In this document: one piece after another, positions 54,123 through 64,000 of the stretch
How positions within the stretch are numbered: position 1 is the stretch's first letter
Layout: the number at the start of each line of letters is the position of its first letter
DNA from: Eledone cirrhosa
Taxonomy: Eukaryota
DNA: 64,000 nucleotides
Reading direction: 5' to 3'
NCBI GenBank assembly: GCA_964016885.1
Contig: OZ024740.1
Coordinates: forward strand, 416,206,001-416,270,000
Program-made: the position numbers and the translations under genes
Notes under the pieces: model-generated
What the model was told of the DNA's origin: nothing
Seen by the model: only the letters and a program-made list of their open reading frames with translations
Database searches by the model: none

Positions 54123-54666
54123 ATTTTACTGTGTGAACTATAAAAACTCAAATCTCTGCAGAAACAGAAAACCTATCTAAAAGGAGAAGTAATAGAAACT
54201 TGACATTGATTATAAATTGACTTTTGCCATGTGTGTCAGTTAGTGTATTATGGTCAAATTGTGTACTGTAATTGATACTTAGTAGTAACTGCTAATTACT
54301 CGTAAATTACTAGTGTGTATATATGTTATATATATGTAGTAAATGTAGACAATATAAGGTAGAGGGGAGCCTCTTTAGTTTTGTCAGCAGTAACCTCTTT
54401 AACACCAGTGAAACAATGCTCATGCCTGCTCTGATGCTATAGAGTGGTTTATGTTAGGAAGGGAATCTAGCTGAAATACTACATCAAAACCAAGGAAGGA
54501 ATGAAGCAACTGTAAGACAGAAGACTAGTCTTTTTGGAGACAACCTCTATTGCTAGTGACATAACAAAATGCCTTCAGTTTACACTGTAAAGAGCTTGGG
54601 GATTGGAGGGCTTCTAACCATGGATACCATGCCGAAATAACAATATACATTACAGATTTGGTCAAA

Positions 54667-54790
54667 GAAAATACTGGAGGATCAATTAAGAGAAAATATA
54701 GGAGGATTAGTTAAAACAAAATACTGGAGGATCAATTAAGAGAAAATACTGGAGGGTCAGTTAAGAGAAAATACAGGAGGATCAGTTAAT
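54667..54790. repeat. Minisatellite, about 5 copies of about 25 bp
   Basis: AAAATACTGGAGGATCAATTAAGAG repeated with variants. Confidence 0.85.
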
Positions 54791-54925
54791 TATGATTTTA
54801 TTCGACATATTCCCCTCTCAAGTTCACACACTTATTGCGGTGGTCCTACCTCCTCTGTAAAGATAACAGCTCTACCCTATCACGATACCCTTAATTAATC
54901 CAGGAACTTTTCAGCACTCCAGTAT
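54791..54925. mobile_element. Mariner-type MITE remnant
   Basis: Ends in CCAGGAACTTTTCAGCACTCCAGTA, similar to the right TIR at 51960-51990. Confidence 0.45.
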
Positions 54926-54979
54926 GTGCCACAAAGCATGTTGGCCAACACTCTACCGATACTGCCGATCCACTGCCCC
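54923..54979 (-). mobile_element. SINE family A 5' fragment
   Basis: Reverse complement CAGTGGATCGGCAGTATCGGTAGAGTGTTGGCCAACATGCTTTG matches 10859-10902. Confidence 0.8.
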
Positions 54980-55046
54980 TGTGAAATAATACTATTAGAT
55001 GAAACTAATGCTGATGATGATGATTGTTATAAATTACATTTGGTAA

Positions 55047-55105
55047 AATAATTGTTTCTACTTTAGGCACAAGGCCAGCAATTACCCAGTGCATTACTGG
55101 TACTT
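55047..55105 (-). mobile_element. SINE family A 3' fragment (short variant)
   Basis: Essentially identical over its length to the copy at about 57781-57837. Confidence 0.8.
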
Positions 55106-55337
55106 GTAAATCAAAGCTCTATTGACTTATGAAATGTTGTGAATAACACTCTAAAGGGCAGCAGTATCATAGGAAATGTAATATTACATACTGCTATCTA
55201 TATAACAATCTGGAATGTAAATATCACTAAACTGTATCATGTGTAACACTGGGATATATAAATATGATTGTTAATTATAACTTGTCTTTCATAATAATGA
55301 AACAATAATTCTATTAAAACTGTAACCTGTATAATGC

Positions 55338-55360
55338 TCTCTCTCTCTCCCTCTCTCTCT

Positions 55361-55393
<33 letters not shown>

Positions 55394-55417
55394 CCTCTCT
55401 CTCTCCCTCTCCCTCTC
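55338..55417. repeat. (CT)n/CCCT polypyrimidine microsatellite
   Basis: Directly visible. Confidence 0.95.
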
Positions 55418-55612
55418 ATCATTATCATCATCACTGTTTTACGTCTGTTTTTCCACGCTAGCATGGGTTAGACGGGTTGTCCTGTTGTAGGCAGTGTCCA
55501 GTCGGCTGATTCTGGCTTGGTTTCTACAGCTGGATGCCCTTCCTAACACCAACCTCATTTACAGTGAGTGCTGGGTGCTTTTTTCCTGTGGCACCTCCAC
55601 GACCACTTTGCA
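55417..55612 (-). mobile_element. SINE 3' half with RTE-type tail and (GAT)n end
   Basis: Reverse complement matches 57597-57765 (GTTAGGAAGGGCATCCAGCTGTAGAAA...GCGTGGAAAAACAGACGTAAAA...GATGATG). Confidence 0.8.
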
Positions 55613-56251
55613 GGGGAAGGGTGTGGGGTCATATTGTCTATATGCTTCAGCTTGTACCCGTGGGGTCATCTGTATTACTGCATGACGCCAGTATATATAT
55701 ATAGTTGTTGTTAGTTTGATTCTCACTTTTCTAATTATCATCCTCCATCTACCCCCCCCCCCCCCACACACACACACACTCAGTCTTTGTTTTGTATTTC
55801 ATACTCCATCTCTAGTGTTTTGTTTTATTCAAAAAGTCAGTATACAAAACATACTATATGCATTGGAATAAATATATCAAATTGTTGTAAACGACCACTT
55901 ATGAAAGCTGCACATTGTTGGGAGTTTTATAAATAGATTAGTGACTATCAATAAAGGATTGATCAGCTTATTACTATATAATGCTATAAATATTTTTATC
56001 TTTAGATTGAGATTTTTGTATTGCTTCATCAGGGAGCAAATGGTAGTGTCCATGGCTCTGTTCAGGTCCTCTGAAAATATGACCCAGGGTGACGAGACAA
56101 TATGGATCAAGTGTCTTCATATTCAGGGCTGTCAAACAAAACCTTAGAAAATAAACGGATAAAAATGATGGCTCTAAGAAAAACTGGGCATGAAAATTCC
56201 ATTATTTTGTTGTTGTACATATGTCACTAATTCCCCTCTTTTACTAGTCTA

Positions 56252-56466
56252 AATTTACATTACTCTATATTTACTATTGTATTTTCATGGTAAAGGCTTT
56301 ATCTCATAATATCTCACATAATATTGAATTTATGAGATTTTGATATTATTTGTTTAGAGAACAATACCTTAACATCAATATGAGTGGCCAGTTACAGCCA
56401 GTTTGAACAGAAAAAAAGTGACAGAATTCTGGTCGGATACGGCCGGTTTAAATGCTAAAGGGTTAA
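56252..56466. mobile_element. piggyBac-type MITE, left-truncated copy
   Basis: Ends TAAATGCTAAAGGG|TTAA. The body is homologous to 58143-58410. Confidence 0.75.
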
Positions 56467-56738
56467 ATGGATAACCCTTGCTAGCAGGGAAAGCGGATGT
56501 TAAAACGACAATGATGATGATAATGATGAGTTCCCAAAGAAATCATCCTATCCTACATTTGTCTTCATGTCCATCACAAGATGAAAGCAATGTGAGAAAG
56601 TCATGGTGTCCAAGTTGTCTGCTGAAAAAAACCAATATTACTAGTGTGAGATTAATTCCAAACCCAGGAAATAGAAACATCAAAGAAAAAACTTTTGCTG
56701 GCAAATAAAATCTAACATGGCAGTTATAACCACAGGAT

Positions 56739-56792
56739 GTTTCACAACCATGGGACGTTTCACAACCACGGAACGTTTCACAACCACGGGTT
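56739..56792. repeat. 3 x 18-bp tandem repeat
   Basis: GTTTCACAACCA(T/C)GG(G/A)AC three times, with the third copy diverged at its end. Confidence 0.85.
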
Positions 56793-57000
56793 GTTTTACT
56801 CAACAAACCTTTCAGATGTTTTATGAAAGAGTGGAACAAGTGGATGACTATTGAGAATTTAGTAATGACCGGAGGATAACTGAAGCAACCTACTACTGTA
56901 GTTGTGATAGTAGAATAATAGTCTTCCTGTTTGCCCACTTGTTCCTGTGAAAGTAGTGGGAGAAGAGTCGTCAAACACTCCTTCCAGCAACTATCTCCAA

Positions 57001-57122
57001 TTGATACATCCAGTTGAGCTGTTCTACTAGAGAATGGGTCATATTGATACATCCAGTTGAGCTGTTCTACTAGAGAATGGGTCATATTGATACATCCAGT
57101 TGGGCTGTTCTACTAGAGAATG
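57001..57122. repeat. About 2.8 x 43-bp tandem repeat
   Basis: TTGATACATCCAGTTGAGCTGTTCTACTAGAGAATGGGTCATA at 57001, 57044 and 57087 (one substitution). Confidence 0.92.
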
Positions 57123-57459
57123 TCATAGGTGCCGGATAACGAAATTAGTCAACATATAAAAAAAAATTGGTTTCGGAAATGAGATAGATGACACAGATGA
57201 ACTTATCTGAAAATAACAATGACCCAGAAACGGGTGGTAGTGGTGTAGATGGCAGCATTAATTGTTGTGCTTTATAGACATTACATTTAATAGACAGGTT
57301 TCTTGTGAACATCACAGATATCTGATAACTAAACTACATGTTGACTCTATGTACTATTTCACATTTGTCTTAAAGTAGAGGAGAGAAAATTATTTCTTTT
57401 TTTTTATTGATTCTACCCCCCCCCCCCCCTTCTGTACTGCATTTTTAATGAAATACTCT

Positions 57460-57765
57460 GGAGGCACATGGCTTAGTGGTTAGAGCATTGGCCTTGCAAT
57501 CGAAAGGTTGTGAGTTCACGGGAATGTTATTTCACATTGCTCCAGTTTACTCAGCTGTAGAAATGAGATGATAGGGACTGGGGTCCCTATCATTCCACTG
57601 CAAAGTGGTCGTGGAGGTGCCACGGCAAAAAAGCACCCAGTACTCACTGTAAATGAGGTTGGTGTTAGGAAGGGCATCCAGCTGTAGAAATCAAGCCAGA
57701 ATCAGTTCCCGTCCCACCCTTGCAAGCAGGGAAAAGTGGACGTAAAATGAAATGATGATGATGAC
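57460..57765 (+). mobile_element. Composite SINE: family B tRNA head plus RTE-tailed 3' half
   Basis: A box TGGCTTAGTGG, truncated B box GAGTTCA, hairpin at 57568-57593, then a body matching 55417-55612 and a (GAT)n tail. Confidence 0.8.
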
Positions 57766-57784
57766 TCTATTTTAATTAATTAAT

Positions 57785-57851
57785 TGTTTCTACTTTAGGC
57801 ACAAGGCCAGCAATTACCCAGTGCATTACTGGTACTTTATTTTATCGACCC
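57785..57851 (-). mobile_element. 5'-truncated SINE family A copy with perfect 18-bp TSD
   Basis: CTATTTTAATTAATTAAT at 57767-57784 and 57852-57869 flanks a 67-bp SINE tail. Confidence 0.9.
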
Positions 57852-58095
57852 CTATTTTAATTAATTAATGAAGAATTTCGAGAGATTTACTAAAATTATT
57901 AATTATTTCATTACTAAGATAGTAACTTAATGTAATGTTCCTATATAAAATTATGTTGGAAGATTTTAATTTAAATTGGAAGCCTTTAAAATAGGTAGTT
58001 TTATTTCATAGAGCCAGACCTGGTTTTGGCTGGGTTGGTAACCAAAGGGTTTTAAATATAATGGGGTTATGGCTGCACCACTGATATCCACAGTG

Positions 58096-58600
58096 TATAA
58101 GGTGCTATCAGAAAAGTCCCAGACCAGGCTTAACCCTTTAGCATTTACATTATTCTGTATGTACTGGATAATTGCTGGCCTTGTGCTAAAAGTAGAAACA
58201 ATTATTCTATATTTACTATTGTATTTTCACAGTAAAGGCTTTATCTTACATAATTATTTCACATAGTATCGAATGTACGAGATTTTGATGTTACTTATTT
58301 TGAGAACAATACCTTAATGTAGGTATGAGCAGCCAGTTACAGCCAGTTTGAACAGAGAGAGGTGAGAGAGTTCTGGCCGGATATGGCTGGTTTAAATGCT
58401 TAAGGGTTAAGAAAAGAACCCCCACTACTCCAATAAAGGATATATTTCAAACAATATTTATATTTAGACTCTATGGTAATGTACACAGTGGTCACAGCAC
58501 ATCTTCCAGAACTAAAAGCATCTCGGAAGTCCTTTTCCTGTGATTTTATTTGAATTCCATTGGTCTCAAAGCAGTACCTTGCTACTTTCAGTTCCATTAC
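58096..58600 (-). mobile_element. Decayed mariner element 3' end, interrupted by a piggyBac MITE
   Basis: TIR-like TATAAGGTGCTATCAGAAAAGTCCCAGAC at about 58096. Minus-strand peptides FETNGIQIKSQEKDFRDAF and WKMCCDHCVHY resemble the mariner transposase C-terminus. Complementary TIR-like sequences lie near 59945-59970 and 60024-60052. Confidence 0.5.
58130..58410. mobile_element. piggyBac-type MITE with TTAA TSD and a nested SINE tail
   Basis: TTAA|CCCTTTAGCATTTA ... TAAATGCTTAAGGG|TTAA. Nested 58161-58200 is flanked by ATTATTCT(G/A)TAT. Confidence 0.85.
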
Positions 58601-59187
58601 TGTTCTAGGTTTTTTCTTGGCATACTTTAAAACAATTTCACAACTAATTTAATCATGTTGGATTGTTTATCATTGGTTCAGATACTTGTGATGTGTTTCC
58701 CTGAACATTCATCTTCAACTCATACTCTTCAAATGTGAATGGTACTTAAAATATTATGTTTAACTGAAAGAATGTTCACCAAAAGCCTGATGAAGTATTT
58801 TGAGGGTCTCAGTAGCAAATTTGCTGAATTCCAAAGCAAAATTTGTTGCAGGTACTCTTGGGTCTCGAATACACACTTATTAAACTTTGCTAATATATCT
58901 CCAGAGAAATTTTATTTTAAGTGGTAGCATTCCTGTGACAAATTTCTTTATACATTAAAAGACATTATACATGACAGAAAAACTACATTACTAGAAATCT
59001 CATATATAAAAAATAGGGTGGTTGGGGGTCTCAATATGTAAACTAAACAACTAATTCTGATTTTTAAGAAAATCAACGGAGACAACCTAGACAAATTACT
59101 GACCCCCCCCCCCCCCACACACACACACACCTGCACTTATTCCCCTCCTTCTATTGAGACCCGAGACTACATTGTTTGAATTTATCA

Positions 59188-59772
59188 TCTATATATATGA
59201 AACTCAAGATGTCTGTGTGTGTGTGTGTGTGTGAGTTTGAATCCCTAAAACTAGAGAAGCACCCAACCGACTGTTTTCAAACTTTACACATGTAATACTT
59301 ATGTTTCAGGGAGTGTTCTGAGCAAAACAAATTTCAAATTTTCAATGCCCTAGGGACCGCATTAGGCGATTTAGCGATCTCTCTCTATAATTCTTAGTCT
59401 TTCTCTTTTTAGATAGATACATACATATAACGTTGCACCCTTATAATCTGTCTGAATGTCTGCATTACGTCACTTCCTACAATTCCTCTGCGTCCAGAAC
59501 ACGCCCTTATAATATCTGTCTGTATGTCTGGCTGTCTGCTGCCTCCGGTTATTCTGCCACCCTTGCTCAAGACAAATCTCACACTCATTCCCCAAACAGT
59601 TGGTAAGTGCACACAACTTCTTCCTCGCGTTTTAAGCCACAGTGTTGCCTACTTACGTACCACCAGACCCTTACTTCTTTGCCAGCCGTGGTTGTGACAA
59701 TACTAAGCTTAGTTAAGGCAGTTATATATTTCACAATACCTTATCCCGTGTAACGCCGGGTACCACTGCTAG
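59188..59772 (+). mobile_element. Non-autonomous Helitron
   Basis: 5' end A|TCTATATATATGAAA followed by a (GT)n tract. 3' end has the GC hairpin CCCGTGTAACGCCGGG 8 nt before CTAG|T. Confidence 0.82.
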
Positions 59773-60370
59773 TTTATCATAAAAATGATAAAAATCACTG
59801 ATTTATTCTAACACAATGTTAGAAAATATTTTGTAATTATTAAATCTAAGTAGATAGCATGAACAGTATTTGTCGACTGACTCGGGTGGCTACCAATGAT
59901 TGCCGACTGTGTATACATCCATTGTATAGTCACTGCACATGTATGGAAACTTTCTGATAACACTTTGATAACCAACACTGTGTACATACATAACCATTGT
60001 ATAGTACAGTCACTACACAGGCTGTCTGGAAACACTCTGATAACAGTTTGTATAGTAGAAATTAGTGAGGTGCACAAGTAGTTGGGACTTGGTATTCTGA
60101 AATGCTTGTACAGGTGATTGGAATGTAAACAGGACCTGTAGACTGTCTGAAGCAAGTATTTCCGGTAGCTGTATACTAAATGTTAATATATGACTTTTGT
60201 TCTAAATTACATAGATATTTGTTTTACTATATAAATCTTTATGTGCATAAATCGTTAAAAGCCCCCCCCCCCCCCATATACAATGCTAATTATAGAATGT
60301 GTTTTATGACCTGCACCATCATATAAACTGACAAATAAGGTAAATAGTAAAATTATACTTTGCATCTTGT

Positions 60371-60480
60371 TAGTTCACTTTCCTGACTTTTGTACATTAT
60401 TCTATGTACTATACATGCACCTTTGATGAGTTGTAGTGCACCTGAGCACTGTACACAATAATTTTCATTATCATTATTAT
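60371..60480 (+). mobile_element. CR1 3' UTR fragment
   Basis: Homologous to 52330-52447. Confidence 0.8.
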
Positions 60481-61149
60481 AATAACCAACACCTAAATAA
60501 CATTACTAGTGTTTATGTTACACCGGCCAGGCACATTTGATGCATATTAGGATAGACAATGTTTTGCTACTGTTTCAAATGAATTGGGCTGGATTTTAAT
60601 GGCTAAGATTGTGTTACATAGTAGTGTACTTAATAGTATCATTTCACTGGTCATTGAGATAGTTGGATAGAACTATTTAAGGCACTAAACTAACATTACC
60701 AGACTCTGATACCATTATGACTTAGATATCACCCTTATCACCATTTATAAACCTTTTAAGTCTTTGATAGAATTGATCATTGCATATGCTTAAAAACATG
60801 TCTCTCTTGTAAAAAATATCCATACGTTGAATAAAACAAATGTGCAACCCGCTGCTGTGAAATATTGTTGGGTAGTCTTTAAATGAGGTATAGCTTAAAA
60901 CCTATATTTTAAACTGAAATGCTGTCTTCTTATCCAGCCTTATACACTAATGATTGTTATCTTCATGTAGAATCAGCATGAAGGCTATGTGATAAGCCTA
61001 TCACTTTAAATCATATATATAGCCCATTAAATTAGTTTCTGCACATTTTCCAAGAAAGGTTGTATTTAATTATCTCCTTCAAGCATGGGCCAGAAAAACT
61101 ACTGTGAACCTCTTTACTGTCCACCATGATGGATGGACTTCTGTCCTTT

Positions 61150-61244
61150 TTACTTTTTTCTTCTTCTTTTGTCAATGATTTCAAGCTGTTCTTCCAGGTC
61201 TTTATCAATAAATATTTCTTGCAGCTCTTCGACATATCATTTGA
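61150..61244 (-). other. Exon-like segment with an early in-frame TGA (possible pseudo-exon)
   Basis: Strong acceptor TTGCTTTTTTCCCCTCTATTTTTCTACTCAG, then K*YVEELQEIFIDKDLEEQLEIIDKRRRKK*. Confidence 0.3.
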
Positions 61245-61439
61245 CTGAGTAGAAAAATAGAGGGGAAAAAAGCAAGACCCTGATAACATCATGGAATTGA
61301 CTCCACTAGATATGCAAAAAAGGAGTAGGTAGAAGTTATTTCTGGTGTGTTGGTGCAACCTGTCAATACCTGTCAAGAGCTGTCGTAGGATTACAGGCAG
61401 ACTGATAGACTTTGTATATGGTAGATCACTGAAGTAGTT

Positions 61440-61910
61440 GGCAGTAAAAACACATACCAAGTGAATTCAGAAGACACATTGGAAGTAGTTGATAGCTTCT
61501 GTTACCCATGTATTGTAATCAGTAATGGAAGTAAGTGTACTAAAATCATAGTAGCTAAGACTAGAATGAGGTGAGAAAAGTTCAGGGAGCTGTTATCTCT
61601 AGGAAAAGGCTATTCTCTCAAAGTTAGACTATATGATGCTTGTATTTAAACTGTGATGTTATATGGTAGTGAAACCTAGGCTTTGATTTGCAAAGACCTG
61701 TGTTGGTTGGAAACAAATAAAGTGAGTATAGTCTATTGGATGTGTTAATATGCACGAACAATAGAGCACATATGAATTGAGAAAACTAGGTATAAGATGA
61801 ATCAGATATATGTGGTAGTGCACCTGAGCACTGTACACAATAATTTCAGTATTAAGGTAGTTCAAATATGAACATGGGACGTAACATATATGGACTTATA
61901 TAGAAAAGTA
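61440..61910 (+). mobile_element. Degenerate RTE-clade LINE, post-RT region, with a nested CR1 tail at 61812-61853
   Basis: Peptides LEVVDSFCY, KFRELL and RLYDACI*TVMLYGSET*AL match RTE motifs (FCYLG, MLYGSETW). Confidence 0.75.
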
Positions 61911-61960
61911 CCAGGCCCTCCCCAGTCCCTCATCTATCACCTTTTGTTCAATGTTGCCAG

Positions 61961-62080
61961 GTCTTTACTTTCATCCTTCTTGGGTTGATAAAATAAATTA
62001 CCAGTCAAATATTGGGGTCAGTTGAATCAACTTTTCCTTCCTAAATAACTAGGGTTGTGTCTAAATTAGAAATCATTATC
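61961..62080 (+). mobile_element. Old SINE family A 3' half
   Basis: CTTTCATCCTTCTTGGGTTGATAAAATAAATTACCAGTC aligns to about 10962-11000. Confidence 0.75.
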
Positions 62081-62426
62081 ACTGTACACCCTTCATCCAT
62101 CTCTCTCTCACCTGTACCAGCATCCTTCACTGTTAACTCTATTTCTTCCATTGCTGCTATACCACTTACCTCTTCTATTTTTTGGTATTGCCACATTACT
62201 CACCTCTGCTGATGTCAACCACTACCCACTCTCATCTCTGCTACTGTCCACACATACACACCCTATCCACTCTCCCACCCACCCACACTCTCACCTCTGC
62301 TGCTGTCCACCCCTACCCCCACTCTCACCCCTAGTCACCCATCCTCACCTTCACTCCTACTCCTACCTACCCACCTCCAGTCTTACCTCCACCCTGTCCT
62401 CCCACCACACTCTCCCCCTGTCCAAG

Positions 62427-62511
62427 AGTTGAAATTAATGCATGTAAGATTCCACAGCTCTAGCATCACTCCTTCATAGTCAGCTTATGAACTCTTCAGC
62501 GGACCCTCATA
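62427..62511. mobile_element. Right end of the mariner-type MITE family of 51786-51990
   Basis: Aligns to 51906-51990, including the TIR and TA. Confidence 0.8.
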
Positions 62512-62689
62512 AATTGTCTTCCTTAGCCCCCACACCCCTTCTATTCGCACCTTGTGGCCCCTCTAATGTTGGTGTCATTACAAAATGCTCCCCAGCTGTA
62601 AAACTAATGCCCAACCAAAAAAGGTAGAAAACTCTTCAGCCAATTCAAGGATATAGTCTCTTTAGTCCTGGTGTTATAATAAAATATAC

Positions 62690-62875
62690 CCAGTATGTCA
62701 AGTGGTTATCATTAAGGAGGGCATCCAACTGTAGGACCCATGCCCAAAATGTAACTTATTGAGATATAGTTACCTAACCTGTTGATGTGGACAATAGCTT
62801 CAATTAAGTATTGATTTGGTCTGTAACAACCTGTCCAGCCCATGCTAGCATGGAAAAATTGATGTAAGATGGTGA
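62690..62875 (+). mobile_element. Degenerate RTE-tailed SINE 3' half
   Basis: GGAGGGCATCCAACTGTAG and CCCATGCTAGCATGGAAAAATTGATGTAA. Confidence 0.6.
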
Positions 62876-63770
62876 CATACAAACACACATACACAAATGC
62901 ATACAAACAAAATGCATGCAAACACACAAAAACAAACATACACAAGCGCAAATGCATACACACACACATGCACATACATGCACGTTTGCATGATAGTAGT
63001 TTTGAGAAATTTGTATTTTTATTAAACAGAAAGCAAATTATTTAAATATTTTTCAATGTTTGGAATGACAAAAAAAAAAAAAATACTGAAACAAATAAAC
63101 TAGAAAACATTAGTATTCAATTATTATTTAGCAATTTATAATCTGATTTATTAGATATTTTAAATTTTGCAAATTTCCTTTCTGTTCATTGTATTTTTTT
63201 CATAAATGAGGATTTCCTTTATTATTAAATTGAAAATGAATAATCAAAAAATCCTAAAAAAATCTCCTCCTCTTGAAAACAAGAACAAAAAACAGTCAAC
63301 AAAAGCATGCTTGTTTCAGATGGCTTCAAGTAAAACAACCTCACCCCTCCTCAAAAGTAGAAAAAATATGCATCCCTCCTTCCTGAGACAGCAATACAGT
63401 GAGGAATTGTTAAAATGTGTTGCTTCTTGTAGTCATCAAAAGGGATGGTGAGGGATATAGTTGCTAGAGATTATATTGGTAGATGTGTAGTTGTGCTAAA
63501 ACCTCACCACTACTCAGTTTAGCTGTTCTAATGGCGTCATTTCCCCTCTCAAGTACTACAAAGTTGCAATGAATCCTAGTTTGAAGTGTCTTTAATTAAG
63601 AGTTAAGTTCATAGTGTTTTTTGTATATCCACTTAGCCTTAGTTATTGTCTTAGTCATATTCTATTGAAGGTTAGTAACTTTATTAGACTACATAGTTTT
63701 ATGTTGCTTTTAACTTTTCACTGTTTTTTTTTTTTTCTACTTTTAGAAAAATATATCTATCATGTCTGTG

Positions 63771-63775
<5 letters not shown>

Positions 63776-63815
<40 letters not shown>
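63776..63815. repeat. (AC)n microsatellite
   Basis: Directly visible. Confidence 0.95.
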
Positions 63816-63817
<2 letters not shown>

Positions 63818-63854
63818 AGCAAGACACGGTTAACTGATCTAGCTTGTCTCACAA

Positions 63855-63920
63855 TTCATCTAACCCATGTTAGCATGGAAAAATGGACATTAAATGGTAA
63901 TGATTATTATGATGATGACA
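63855..63920 (+). mobile_element. RTE-type SINE/LINE tail
   Basis: CTAACCCATGTTAGCATGGAAAAATGGACATTAAA...GATGATGA. Confidence 0.65.
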
Positions 63921-64000
63921 TATATATATATATTTAAAGAATGAATAATAACAGGTAGACATCATAAAAAGGTAATTTATTCCATGTGCTTACAAATGTT

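Noticed and set aside
56543-57085. 180-aa minus-strand ORF
   Set aside because: No recognisable domain, and it is partly built from the 43-bp and 18-bp repeats.
53955-57520. tRNA genes at about 54050-54122 and 57460-57520
   Set aside because: The stems are imperfect and run into SINE bodies, so these are SINE heads.
62100-62425. His/Pro/Ser-rich ORF
   Set aside because: Low-complexity C-rich sequence with no other gene evidence.

Overview
This is eukaryotic (animal) DNA, probably from a cephalopod such as Octopus. That assignment rests only on repeat families I recall and is unverified. Bases 1-49707 are one head-to-tail satellite of about 900 copies of a 55-bp monomer (GGCACTATTTACAACCTGTTCACTGGTACAGTTCCTCTTGCAACCCAATGTTAGT). 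It has 50/52/54/56-bp length variants and nested kb-scale higher-order duplications, and is interrupted once by a 211-bp tRNA-derived SINE (10859-11069). The ORFs in the array are frame artefacts. The right end of the array runs directly into a minus-strand, exon-like segment with armadillo-repeat-like translation, which suggests the satellite was seeded from a (now decayed) exon. Bases 49708-64000 are AT-rich and packed with transposon debris: a head-to-head pair of CRE-type retrotransposon 3' ends inside one candidate TSD, mariner- and piggyBac-type MITEs, a non-autonomous Helitron, CR1 and RTE LINE fragments, two SINE families, and mini/microsatellites. No intact protein-coding gene, RNA gene or CRISPR array can be supported.
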